Position numbers and translations under genes: made by a program
Assembly: GCA_041659405.1 (NCBI GenBank)
Contig: JBAZYK010000004.1
Span: 90,001 to 122,000, forward strand
Origin: Candidatus Altimarinota bacterium
GTDB lineage: Bacteria; Patescibacteriota; Gracilibacteria; UBA1369
DNA: 32,000 nt
Direction of reading: 5' to 3'
In this document: piece after piece, positions 9,158-20,600 of the stretch
How the letters are laid out: every line of letters starts with the position of its first letter
How positions within the stretch are numbered: the first letter of the stretch is position 1
Notes under the pieces: model-generated
Told to the model about the DNA's origin: nothing
Seen by the model: only the letters and a program-made list of their open reading frames with translations
Databases searched by the model: none

Positions 9158-10066
9158 ATGGCTAATCAAACATCTTCACAGGCCCACTCCCTCCAGAAAA
9201 TCGGCATTATCACCAAAAGTAATATTGGTGAGCGCAAAAGCGATCTAAAAAAAATTGTCGCGATGCTGAAGAAATTTAAAAAAGAGGTTTTGCTGGATGT
9301 AAATTCCGCGCCGGTTTTAGGTGTAAAAAATGGCCACAGAAAGACCGAACTGCTTCAGGTTTGTGATCTTGTTTTGACCCTTGGCGGCGATGGAACTTTG
9401 CTCAGAGCTGCCCGATGTACAGCCAATAAACCGACCTTAATCCTTGGTGTGAATTTTGGAAATCTGGGATTTTTGACTGAATCAATACCTGAAAAACTTG
9501 AGCAGGATCTTAAAAAATTATTTGAAGGTCATTATTATATTGATGAACGTTTTCTTTTGCGCATCAATCATTATCGCAACGGTCAAAGAATTAATACCTT
9601 TTTAGCTCTAAATGATGCGGTAATTAACCAGGGAGCTTTTGCCAGACTGATTGAAATGCAGGTCGAAATTAACAAACAGCGCATGGTTACTTTTAAGGCC
9701 GATGGCTTGATCGTGAGCTCTCCGACCGGTTCAACGGGTCATGCCCTTTCTGCCGGAGGACCAATTGTTCATCCTTCTTTGCCCGCTTTTATTCTTACCC
9801 CAATCTGCCCCGCAACGCTTTCCGTACGCCCAATCGTCATTCCAAATGATCGCGAAATAAAAATAACTTTGACTACCCAAAGAAAAGAAAACCAAAATGT
9901 CGGTTTAACCTTGGACGGCCAAAAAACCATTCCGCTTCAATATGGAGACGAAATCAAAATCCGCCAATCCAAGCGCAAGTTTTTACTGATTCGCCTAAAA
10001 GGTGGCAGCAGCTATTACCGCATGCTCCGCAGCAAACTCCACTGGGGCGAGCATCATGGGGATTAA
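9158..10066 (+). CDS. nadK: NAD+ kinase
   Basis: 302 aa with the motifs GGDGTLL, NDAVI and SSPTGSTGHALSAGGPIV. Confidence 0.9.
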   Translation: MANQTSSQAHSLQKIGIITKSNIGERKSDLKKIVAMLKKFKKEVLLDVNSAPVLGVKNGHRKTELLQVCDLVLTLGGDGTLLRAARCTANKPTLILGVNFGNLGFLTESIPEKLEQDLKKLFEGHYYIDERFLLRINHYRNGQRINTFLALNDAVINQGAFARLIEMQVEINKQRMVTFKADGLIVSSPTGSTGHALSAGGPIVHPSLPAFILTPICPATLSVRPIVIPNDREIKITLTTQRKENQNVGLTLDGQKTIPLQYGDEIKIRQSKRKFLLIRLKGGSSYYRMLRSKLHWGEHHGD

Positions 10067-10109
10067 AACAGCCAAATTCCGCTTATATAGCTCTCACACA
10101 GCCTGGCCA

Positions 10110-10138
10110 TTGAAGAAATTGCCGTTTTTTGGTATAAT
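10110..10138 (+). promoter_or_regulatory. Putative sigma70-type promoter for the 279-aa surface protein gene
   Basis: TTGAAG (10110-10115), a 17-nt spacer, then TATAAT (10133-10138). Confidence 0.5.
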
Positions 10139-10180
10139 AAAGAGAAATAAAAAATCAGCACTCTTTAAACCCAAAAAAAT

Positions 10181-11020
10181 ATGCAAAAAAACAAAAAAAA
10201 TCTTCTAATCGCTGGCGTCATAGTGCTAGTCGTTTTAGCAATAACCGGCCTGGTTTTAACTCAAGGCCAGAACTCTAATCTTCAGGGACTTTTGCCTTCA
10301 CCATTTAGAAGCGGAACACCTTCTCAGGATCAAAATCGAGGGGGCCAAGTACCAGCGAGCCCTGCTGAAAAACAAGCTGCTCAAAAAGCCGCTGACGCTG
10401 AAGCTGCTAAAAAGGCTGCTCTTGATGCAGCTGCTAAACAAGCCGCTGCCGACAAATTAGCCGCTGAGCAAGCCGCTGCAAAAAATGACAAACAGCCAAT
10501 GGGCAGCCCCAGTCAGGTCCAAAACCTGGTAGTTAAGATGTCAGCTCAACCGTTCGGTGGACAAAAAAATCCTAAAACAGATGGTCTCGATTCAGTCGCA
10601 GGTTTTGATATTTTGAGCAATAACCAGGCTCTGGTCGTTATAAAATCCATGACCTTTAATATTAAAGGTGATAACAGCCCAAATGTTACTAATTATGAAC
10701 TTTGGGCAAACGAAACCCAATTAACAACTGACAAGCCAGATGTTAATATTAGCAATAAAACAGTTACATTTAATAACATCAGGTTCGTTGATTTTGACCA
10801 ATTTAAACAGGTATTGATCGCACAAACCAAATCAATAAATGTGGTTGTTAAAGCAACAACGGCCAATGTTCTCTCAGGAAAAAATCAAGGTGTGTCAGTT
10901 TTATATTGGCTTGAAGTAAAGTCGATTGCACTTGATTACGTCTTCAACGGTCTAAAGACCCCATATACTGCGGAATTTACCCCGGCAGTTGCGGGACAGG
11001 TATCAATCTACACAAAATAA
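10181..11020 (+). CDS. Hypothetical membrane-anchored or secreted protein with Ala/Lys/Gln-rich helical linker
   Basis: 279 aa. N-terminal TM segment (LLIAGVIVLVVLAITGLVL), an AEKQAAQKAADAEAAKKAALDAAAKQAAADKLAAEQAAA stretch, then a beta-rich C-terminal domain. Confidence 0.6.
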   Translation: MQKNKKNLLIAGVIVLVVLAITGLVLTQGQNSNLQGLLPSPFRSGTPSQDQNRGGQVPASPAEKQAAQKAADAEAAKKAALDAAAKQAAADKLAAEQAAAKNDKQPMGSPSQVQNLVVKMSAQPFGGQKNPKTDGLDSVAGFDILSNNQALVVIKSMTFNIKGDNSPNVTNYELWANETQLTTDKPDVNISNKTVTFNNIRFVDFDQFKQVLIAQTKSINVVVKATTANVLSGKNQGVSVLYWLEVKSIALDYVFNGLKTPYTAEFTPAVAGQVSIYTK

Positions 11021-11035
11021 AAGATTTCAAAATAA

Positions 11036-11078
11036 TAAAAAAGGGGAGGCACACATTGTGAACCTCCCCTTTTTTTAT
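11036..11078. terminator. Bidirectional intrinsic terminator between convergent genes
   Basis: The 9-bp GC-rich stem AAGGGGAGG (11041-11049) pairs with CCTCCCCTT (11063-11071). An A-run lies upstream and a T-run downstream, so it can serve both the 279-aa gene and ppdK. Confidence 0.75.
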
Positions 11079-11113
11079 TTAAAACAATTTCTCACGCACG
11101 AAGTGAATTCCGT

Positions 11114-13861
11114 TTAATTCCTATTCAAGATCGCCGCCTGCGCCGCTGCAACTCTGGCAATCGGAATTCTATAAGGTGACAAACTCACAAAGTCCAAACC
11201 GATTTTGTGGCAGAATTTGATTGAATCCGGCTCTCCACCCTGTTCACCACAAATGCCGATTTCAAGCGGTTTCTGGCCTTCTTTACGCGGTACACCCCGT
11301 CCCAATTCCACGCACATCTGCATCAAACGGCCAACCGCTTTTTGATCGATTGATTCCGTTGGATCACGGTCCAAAATTCCATGCTCAAGATAATAATTTA
11401 AGAATTTTCCGGCATCATCACGGCTATATCCCCAGGTCATTTGTGTCAGATCATTTGTTCCAAAAGAGAAAAAGTCCGCATAAGGAGCCAGTTCATCGGC
11501 AGTCAAACAGGCACGTGGCAATTCAATCATTGTTCCGATTTTATATTCAAATTTAATTTGCCCGGCATACCTTGCAATCACACCTTCAGCTGTTTTTCGG
11601 CTTACAATAAGCTCTTTTAAGTCCGCGATAAATGGCAATTCAATTTCCGGCACAGGAACAATTCCACGGTTGCTTACCTCAATCGCCGCCTCAATAATGG
11701 CCTGCACCTGCATTTCATAAATTTCCGGATAGGTGATTCCAAGGCGCGCCCCACGGTGTCCAAGCATTGGATTTACCTCATGCAGATTCTCCACAATTTT
11801 TTCAATATCGGCGAGTTGCATGCCCATTTCTGTGGCCAATTCCTGCATTTGTTCCGTGGTCTTAGGCACAAATTCATGCAGTGGGGGATCAAGCAAACGA
11901 ATCGTTACCGGCAGCCCACTCATCACTTCAAAAATCCCGATAAAATCAGCTTTTTGCATTGGCAACAATTTCGCCAAAGCCTTTTTGCGGCCTTCCACCG
12001 TGTTTGCCACAATCATTTCACGCACTACATCAATGCGATCACCTTCAAAAAACATGTGCTCGGTGCGGCAAAGTCCAATTCCTTCAGCACCAAAATCCTT
12101 GCCAACCTGCGCATCTTTTGGAGTATCGGCATTTGTACGAATCCGCAATTTTCTAACCGCATCGGACCATGCCAAAATCGTTTTAAAATCTTCGGTGATT
12201 TCCGGCTCAACCATAGGAACCGCGCCAAGCATTACTTCGCCGGTACTTCCATTTAAAGTAATCACATCACCTTCATGAATAACCAAATCGCCAATTTTTA
12301 CAGTTTTGGTTTTTGCATCCACCATAATATCCGCGCAACCGGCCACACAGCACTTGCCCATACCGCGGCAAACCACAGCGGCATGCGAAGTCATTCCTCC
12401 GGTAGAGGTCAAAATTCCTTTGGATACATGCATTCCATGAATATCTTCCGGTGAAGTTTCACGTCTTACCAAAATAACTCTTTCATCGCGTTCAAAAGTC
12501 CAATTAACAGCGTCATCGGCACTAAAAACAACCTTACCAACCGCCGCACCTGGTGAAGCCGGCAAGCCCTTGGCAATCACGTTTTTAGAAGCTTTAGGAT
12601 CCAGATCCGGATGCAAAAGTTGTTTCAAACTGCTCGCGTCAATTCGTAATAAAGCTTCATCTTTTGTAATCAATTTTTCACCGACCATATCCACCGCAAT
12701 TTTAATCGCCGCCTTTGCCGTGCGCTTACCGTTGCGGGTTTGCAGCATGTAGAGTTTGCCTTCCTGAATTGTAAATTCAATATCCTGCATGTCACGATAA
12801 TGATTTTCCAGATTCTCACGGACCTGATTTAGCTGCGCAAAAATCTCCGGCATCACTTCCTGCAATTGCGTTAATTTTTGAGGAGTACGAATTCCGGCTA
12901 CCACATCTTCACCCTGTGCATTCATCAAAAACTCGCCATAAAACTCTTTTTCACCGGTTGAAGGATTGCGAGTAAAAGCCACGCCCGTACCGGAAGTATT
13001 TCCCATATTTCCAAAAACCATCGCCTGAATATTTACCGCTGTTCCATTCAAACCGGTAATATTATTTAGTTTTCTGTAGGTATTCGCACGATCATTATTC
13101 CAGGACTTAAAAACGGCTTCTATGGCCAGTTTAAGCTGTTCTTTTGGATCAACCGGGAAATCAATTCCAGCCTTTTCTTTTACAATTCGTTTGAATTCTC
13201 CGACTAAAAATTTCAAATCGGCCGCATCAAGATCGGTATCCAGCTTCACATTTTTTTTAGTCTTCAATTTATCAATTTCATCTTCAAACATTTCATGTGA
13301 AATGCCCAAAACAACATTTCCAAACATGTTCACAAAGCGTCTATAAGCGTCATAACAAAAACGTTCATTGCCCGTTTTTTTCACGAGTCCTGCAGCGGTT
13401 TCATCATTAAGGCCCAAATTTAAAATTGTATCCATCATCCCCGGCATCGACATTTTGGCTCCGGAACGCACCGAAACCAATAATGGATTTTGCGCGTCAC
13501 CAAACTTCATTCCACTTTTTTCTTCCAGCTCTTTTAAATTTGTCTCAAGTTCAGTCTGAAATCCTTCCGGATAGTCGCCCCACTCTGCCGATGAATCAGC
13601 TCCACCACGTTCTGCCCTCTGATCCAAATAATACTTGCAGACATCGGTTGTAATCGTGAAACCTGGAGGCACAGGAAGCCCCAGATTGGTCATTTCGGCC
13701 AAATTGGCACCTTTACCGCCAAGTAGATCCTTCATGTCCTTATTTCCCTCTTTAAAAGCGTAAATAGACTTAATCATACGTGTATGTGGTTGTATGTGTG
13801 AAGTGCTGGAAGTGGCTGATGCTTTAGTCGCTTCACCTTTAGTAATAATAGCCTGGGACAT
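11114..13861 (-). CDS. ppdK: Pyruvate, phosphate dikinase
   Basis: 915 aa with LLGGKGANLAEM, GGMTSHAAVVCRGMGK (phosphohistidine region) and FFSFGTNDLTQ. The family-typical start is probably Met29 (MIKSIYAFKEG) at 13777. Confidence 0.95.
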   Translation of the reverse strand: MSQAIITKGEATKASATSSTSHIQPHTRMIKSIYAFKEGNKDMKDLLGGKGANLAEMTNLGLPVPPGFTITTDVCKYYLDQRAERGGADSSAEWGDYPEGFQTELETNLKELEEKSGMKFGDAQNPLLVSVRSGAKMSMPGMMDTILNLGLNDETAAGLVKKTGNERFCYDAYRRFVNMFGNVVLGISHEMFEDEIDKLKTKKNVKLDTDLDAADLKFLVGEFKRIVKEKAGIDFPVDPKEQLKLAIEAVFKSWNNDRANTYRKLNNITGLNGTAVNIQAMVFGNMGNTSGTGVAFTRNPSTGEKEFYGEFLMNAQGEDVVAGIRTPQKLTQLQEVMPEIFAQLNQVRENLENHYRDMQDIEFTIQEGKLYMLQTRNGKRTAKAAIKIAVDMVGEKLITKDEALLRIDASSLKQLLHPDLDPKASKNVIAKGLPASPGAAVGKVVFSADDAVNWTFERDERVILVRRETSPEDIHGMHVSKGILTSTGGMTSHAAVVCRGMGKCCVAGCADIMVDAKTKTVKIGDLVIHEGDVITLNGSTGEVMLGAVPMVEPEITEDFKTILAWSDAVRKLRIRTNADTPKDAQVGKDFGAEGIGLCRTEHMFFEGDRIDVVREMIVANTVEGRKKALAKLLPMQKADFIGIFEVMSGLPVTIRLLDPPLHEFVPKTTEQMQELATEMGMQLADIEKIVENLHEVNPMLGHRGARLGITYPEIYEMQVQAIIEAAIEVSNRGIVPVPEIELPFIADLKELIVSRKTAEGVIARYAGQIKFEYKIGTMIELPRACLTADELAPYADFFSFGTNDLTQMTWGYSRDDAGKFLNYYLEHGILDRDPTESIDQKAVGRLMQMCVELGRGVPRKEGQKPLEIGICGEQGGEPDSIKFCHKIGLDFVSLSPYRIPIARVAAAQAAILNRN

Positions 13862-13894
13862 AGTAGCAGTTTTAAATTGTAGAGCAAGATTTGC

Positions 13895-14563
13895 TTAAAA
13901 ATGAAAAAACTTCAAGAAAGATTCCATGATTGGGCCTGGGAAAACCGCCAAAGGAATCGCCAAAAAGTATGCGATCATTTGCCCGGTAAAAGCCGCAAAT
14001 AGCGGTATGGTCAGGTTATCATCCAGTTTGCCGGTAAATAATTCCACAATACTGGCCACAAAAGCCATACTCAAAAAAATCACCGGATAAAGCGGCAAAA
14101 ACAGATATCCAATTACGCAATTCACCGCCAAGCCTCCCAAAAATCCTTCCAGCGTCTTGTTTTTATGGATTTTATGTCGTCCAAATTTGATTCCAATCAA
14201 CGCAGAAGCTAAATCCCCAAAAATAGTTAAAAGCATCGCTGTCATTGCAATCGGATAATCAAAAGCGGAAAAAGCAATGATTGTCGCGGCAATAAAGAAA
14301 ATCGTACCGGTCACATTATTCATTTCCCGTTTTCTAAGCGCGATGAAATTTGGCAATTTTGGCATGTATTCAAGCCGTACATATTCAACTTCAAGCAGTA
14401 TCAAAAACAGCAGGGTTAAGCCCAAAATACCCACCCTTTGCGAAAAATATTGTCTCAGCAATGTGTACGCCAAAAGCACCGGAAGCTCCATCAAATGAAA
14501 AAGTTTCCGAATTATTTCCTTATAAAGCGAATGTTTTTTCATAATTATTGCGCAGCTCATCAA
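13895..14563 (-). CDS. CTP-dependent polyprenol/dolichol-kinase or CdsA-family integral membrane protein
   Basis: 222 aa and polytopic, with FGRHKIHKNKTLEGFLGGL resembling the cytidylyltransferase/dolichol kinase family. The start may be Met8 (MKKHSLY). Confidence 0.55.
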   Translation of the reverse strand: MMSCAIIMKKHSLYKEIIRKLFHLMELPVLLAYTLLRQYFSQRVGILGLTLLFLILLEVEYVRLEYMPKLPNFIALRKREMNNVTGTIFFIAATIIAFSAFDYPIAMTAMLLTIFGDLASALIGIKFGRHKIHKNKTLEGFLGGLAVNCVIGYLFLPLYPVIFLSMAFVASIVELFTGKLDDNLTIPLFAAFTGQMIAYFLAIPLAVFPGPIMESFLKFFHF

Positions 14564-14657
14564 ACTCCGGCTCGATTATACGCCCGCAGGAGTCAATTAT
14601 AAATCAAAAATTATGAATTATAATTCTTCAAACAAAACAATTCGTAATTCGTAATTT

Positions 14658-17600
14658 CTAATTCGTAACCATAAACATTCTTCCTTCCGACCTACCAAAC
14701 ACTTCAGGGAAATAGGTCTCGGAAGCCATCGCCGGTAAATCATGATAAGTGCCCGGGGTGGTCGCTCTTACAAAATAATTAATTTCATAAACACCTTTTG
14801 GCAGGAAGTCCGCAAAATAAGTCATGCGATCATCCAAAACTTCGGAATGATTAAATCTCCAGAGTTCGTTATAACAGTCCCAAGTTAGGCACATACTGCC
14901 TTTGCCATCATTTTGGTCCTGCAACTGTTGCTCTGAAGTCTTCAAGCTGAAATCAACGCCTTCCAAACCGGCAGGCAAAAAGTCTTCAACCAAAACGTAA
15001 TAGCTATCTTCAGGCACAATGATTGTCATTTTTCCTTTCAAATTTTCACCAACTTTTATTGAAGTCAGCGGATTTTCTTCCTTTTTATCATCAGTCGCAA
15101 AATATTGTTGATGAACCTCAATTCCTTCATCGCGTGCCTTAATTTGCTCGGTTGGCAGGAAGTATTGCAGATTCATATCAAAATACATTTTTCCATTGCC
15201 GTTACGTACCGCCGTGATCTCGTTATCAAGATTATTTTGCAGCAAATCTTTAAGCGGAATTGTCACTTCTTCACGCGCTTCAATATTATTTTCAGTGAAG
15301 CCCTTATGGAGTTTTTCTGCTCCATTAACGGTCACAATGCCATCATAATCAACGTTTAATTCACCGCTGGTTTTTAGGTATTCAATCAACGCCATCAAAC
15401 TAACCGCCGTTTCCTGGGTAGAAGCAAAGTGCCCATTTTTCTTTTCCAAAAGCATGTAACGCAACATCTTTGGAACCAAAGGATTGGCCGGATCCAAGCG
15501 GTTTAACATCTGCAAAATCAAAGCTGTAGTACGATTATTTGTATCAAAAAACTGATAATCCAAAGTGTTTTCTTCAAAATGCACGCCGCGTGGAGATTCC
15601 TTTGCTCTAGCCAAAATTTCGTTTTTGATAGTGTCGATTTTCTTTTGCACTTCCTGTAAAGCGGCACCACCAAGTTTTTCCTGGGTAATCAATTTCTGCA
15701 GATCCATCACCAGATAAGCCTGCGCGGAAAGATTTAAATTCTTGCGTAAATCAAACAAATTATTACTTAAAGCCAAATCGCCTTTGCCCATTTCCGCCAG
15801 TACGTAAAGCGCAAAAGCACGTGAATCTAAATTATATTTATCGTATTTCGTGCTGCTAAGAGTGCTGTTTGTTAGTTGTGAAATTTTAACAGAATTACTG
15901 CCAATTTTACTCTTTAAGAAATTCACACCACGATTCATCACATTATCATCAACGGTATAGCCGGCCTTTTTGCTTTCATTCAAGGCAAATAAAACATAGC
16001 TGGTTAAATGCGGAGTCGCTTCACTGGTTTCCCAAAGGCCCCAACCGCCATTACCCTGTTGCAGTTTATATAAAGCCTGCAAGCCACTTTCCACATTTTT
16101 TTGTAGAGTTTTTTGATCCACCAATTTTGCCGCAATTTTTCCAAGTGCCGGCAAACTCAACATTTGTTTAATGGTCACATTTGGCAAGAGCGCGCTGGCA
16201 ACCTGTTCAGCGCAGCCATAAGGATAAGTCATTAAATATTCAATGCCCTTGGTGATGGAAGAAGCTAAAGTAGGCGCAACCGCAATCGTTAATTTTCCAA
16301 ATTTCGGATCGATATTATTTGGCAGCCAAACGGTCTCAACATGCTTATCACCATTATCAATTACTGTCGAAGTAGCAACAGTTTCCGGGAAACTGTAAGG
16401 ATGAATTGGCATTTTATTTTCCAGAATATCACCGATATTGGAATCATTAACGGCAATAGCCTTAAATGTAATTACGGCTTCCGCTTCATCTAAAACGGTT
16501 GCTTTAAATTCAACTTTCTTTTCTTCGCCGGAACCCAAATGAATTCGCTGTTTATTAGAACCATTCAAAGTCACGCCACTCGCTTCAACCGAAACATCCA
16601 AATCAACCGCATTGGTAAGATAATTATGAACAATCGTTCCAACCGTAATCTCATCATTCACAATTAAAAATCTTGGCAAAATAGGTCGCACCAAAACATC
16701 TTTGCTGACAATAAAGTCCGTTTTTTGGCTTCCAACCAAGGTATTTGCAGTAGCGCCAATCGCCAGTATCTGCCAGGTGGTCAAATTATCCGGCAATTTA
16801 AATTTAATAGTTCCCACACCTTGTTCATTTGTATTCAAAGCAGCCTGCCAATAAGCGGTATCTTTAAAGTTTCCACGTTTTTGTAATGTACCGCCTCCAC
16901 CACCTTTTAACCCCGATTCAACCTGCACATTTATGCGTGATAAAGCCTTGGTTAAAGTTTCCGAAGTCATTACGCCCAAAGATCTCTTTCTGTAAAAATC
17001 ATTTAAAAGATCAGCCGTAAAGTTTTCCACCAAAGACAAAACACTCTTATCCACAACACTTAAAGACATTTCCGCTTTCACGGGTTTTCCATTCACGTCA
17101 GTTGTTTTTACATTGATCGTAACTTCATCGCCGGGGTGATATTTTTGTTGATTTGTCTGCACGCTAACCAACAATTTTCTACTTGAAGTATCAACTTGAA
17201 GCGTTGCATAACCCATTTTAAACGAGGCCACACTGCGCTCATCAATGGCATCTTTGCCCGTAGGTTGCGCCAAACCGGCCTGATTATTATCGCCCTTAAT
17301 CAGCACCACGGAAACAAATTCATTTGGGATCGATTTATCGGTAATCGGCACATCAATCACATCCGAATTGGATTTAATTTTGATAACTTTTTTATCCAAA
17401 ATTTCGCCGCGTTCATAAGTAACCAAAGCATAAACATTTTGATACGGTGACTTCACCATTACATGGGCGGTATCACCAATCTTGTATTCCTGCTTGTCCG
17501 CAACCAATTCAATACGGTCATTATTTGCCTGTCCCCAGTTAACAAAACTACCTGAAGAAACATAAACAGTTGTTGACGAAGTTATTTTATTTCCACGACT

Positions 17601-20600
17601 ATCTTTGCTTTCGGTTCCAACTTTAAACACACCGCCTTCTTTTGGAATAAAGCTTACGTTAGCCTTCCCCTGATTATCGGTTGTAACAGTTTTCTTTTCG
17701 ATCAGGACGTCATCATAACTGTTTTCAAAATAATAATCGCTGTCCACATTCTTCTTTTTTACAGTGTTCCAATTGCGTTTATACAAAGTAACTTCAGTCG
17801 ATTTTCCGCCAACCACCTTGCCATTTTCATCAACACTGACAAGATCAAATTTAGCCTCTTTCCCGGCCTGAACAACATCATTTATGCTCATAATGCCAAC
17901 ATAATATTCACCTTCATGAACCGAAACCGTCACACGATCGGAAACACTCTGATTATTCAAATCAAAAGCCGTAACCTCAACCGTATAAAATTGACTCATT
18001 TTTTTATCCGCAATATTTAACGGAAGTTCAATTGTGTATTCGCCATTAGCGTCTAATTTGGCTTTCCCCTGGGAGACAACGGCTGTTTGTCCCTGACAGC
18101 CAAAGTAACAGGAATATCCTTCATCCGAAAAACTAAAGAACGGACTTAAATTATTATCACTATTCAAAAAGAAGAAATAATCCTGACTTTTTACAGTCCA
18201 TTGAATCGGCGCATTTGGCAGCGGCGCGCCAAAAAAGTAACTCGCCTTCACTTTCAATTTCAAAGTATCGCCATTTACATAACTCTTTTTATCCGTATTT
18301 AAATTGATCTGATAATCCGGTTTTCGGTACTCTGCAACGTGGAAACTCTGGTACGACCCGATGACATTACTTTGCCCCTTGCCTGTTACCACTCCATTAT
18401 TGCCGACAGCAACATTTAGAAAATAATCACCTGTAGCCGCCTGATTGCCAAGTTGCAATTCACCGGCAAAACTTCCATTCGCATTTAAATCCAAAGTTTT
18501 GCTATAAACAGCATTTCCCATACTGTCATCAATCGTGACCATAGCCTGTTTTACATCCGGCAACTTAAAGGCAGCATCTTTATCAACACGCAGAATCCCT
18601 TTGAAATAAACGGTATTTCCCGGTCTATAAATCGGCCTATCCATATAAACATAGGCATAATATTTTGGAGCGTACGGATTGTAATCAATATTAAAACTGC
18701 TTGGATCAACACCTTCACTCCAGGTGGTGTGGGTCAGCGTAATGTCATTATTTTTCTTTCCAAAAATTAAATATTGGCGATTATAAATATTTTCAGAGCC
18801 AGCCGACGCAGGCAAATCAAAAGTCACCAAACCATTTTGATCTGTTTTTCCGCTATAAAGAGCCTTTCCGTCGGTACTGCCATTTTGTATAACCGAAATA
18901 TCCATGCCCGCATTTGGTGCGCCATCAGCAAAATTTGTCGCCCAGATAAGCAGTTTTGTTGGACTCATCTTCATGGTTAATCCACTGTAGCTCACCATAA
19001 AAATATGACGTTCAATTCTTAAATTAAGCGCTCCATCTTGTCCCGCGTAAGGGTTTTTTACCTGCGGACTCGAAACATCAAAATAATAATATCCCGGCGC
19101 CATAGCCATATTCGTCTCTTTCCCAAGATCGATTTTGGTTGTTACAGTTTGATTAAACTGCTTGGCGATAGTTTTTGAAAAGCTCGTAAAAGGTCCGGCT
19201 GGAATATTGCTGCGCCAATCAATATAACCTCGTTGATAAATTTTCTTAAATTCTTCTTCGGAAAGTTTTTTAAAATTAAGATTCATGGTATCAACATTGG
19301 TCGATTTTACATAAAAAACAGTCGGTTTATTGGCATCCACAACAGTTATATCGGTTGGGCTCATTACTTCAAAAGTAGGCGAAATAGCCGCAGTTTTAAA
19401 AGTAAGAACAAAGTCCTGATTCAAAGTTTTTCCAAACTGATCCTTAACACCTTTTTGAATTGTGATCTTATAATCTGTGGACGGTTTGATCGCGTAAGAA
19501 ACGTTCAAAACGGTGTCACTCAGACTTAAAGTAAGGTCAGGTTGATTCTCCAGTTTGGTATCTGCATCGATGGATTTTGGCTCAATCGCAAATTTTTCTT
19601 TGATGCTGTCCAAATCCATCGGCTGGCTAAATGTCAAAGAAATGCCACCACTTAGCGGATAATCTTTCACTCCATTTTTAGGAGCAGTACTATTAACGGT
19701 AATTTCACCAACTGTTTTAAAGAGAATTCCTTTATCTTCGCCAAGTGTTAAAGTGCCTTCCACGCCGCCAAAATCCTTATCAACTTTCACCAGATAATAT
19801 TGATCATAACCCAAAGGTTGCGCCGGACTTAACATCAAAGTTTTCTTTAGTTCTTCAGGTTCCGGCAATGTTATTTGAGTATCACCTTCTTTATATTCAC
19901 TATCGGTTTTAAACTGATTCAAAGTGTAATAAGAAACCTGGAAAGGTACTTCGGCCCAATCATTGGCATTAAATTGTTTCAAGACGTCTTCCGTTGATTG
20001 TGGAGCAGATTTACCTGAACCACTAATGTTAGTACTCTGCGGGCAGTCTCCTCCACATCCAAAAAATTTCAATCTATTCTTATCACCCTTATAACTCCAC
20101 AAATGAATCTTGGATGAAGCTTTATCAGCATTCATTATCTGGTTAAAGAGAAGTTGAATATTTGAACTGCTAGCTGGAAAATCGGAAAGATCGGAAAAAA
20201 AGAGTTGAGGGCCATTATATTTGCCCAAGTTTAGTGGAACCGTATTGATCAACTCCGGTTTCAAAGTATCAAACGTCGCCACAAAATCCTGATCGGTTTG
20301 ACCACCCTCTGCCGAAAAAGTACCTTTTGGAATCGTCAAAGTATAGTGAGTTGAATATGCCAATTTATCAGGTATAAAGCGGATAGAATCAGTTCCAAGC
20401 CACTTCATTTTGCCGTTTGTTGGAGGATCAATTTTTACCGCGATTGCATTTTCAACACCCTGATCCAAAGTGGTTAATTGCGTCATCGGTCGATCAAAGT
20501 GCATCGTAATTTGCGCATCTATAGGCACATCAACCGAACTTGCAGCAGGAGAAAAAAGTAAAACCTGCGGTGGTCCGGTTATCTCAAAAACCTCTTCATA

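Noticed and set aside
10002-10208. A 68-aa ORF bridging the nadK 3' end and the next gene's start.
   Set aside because: It overlaps both neighbours and the predicted promoter, and its sequence is basic and low-complexity. It is probably not coding.
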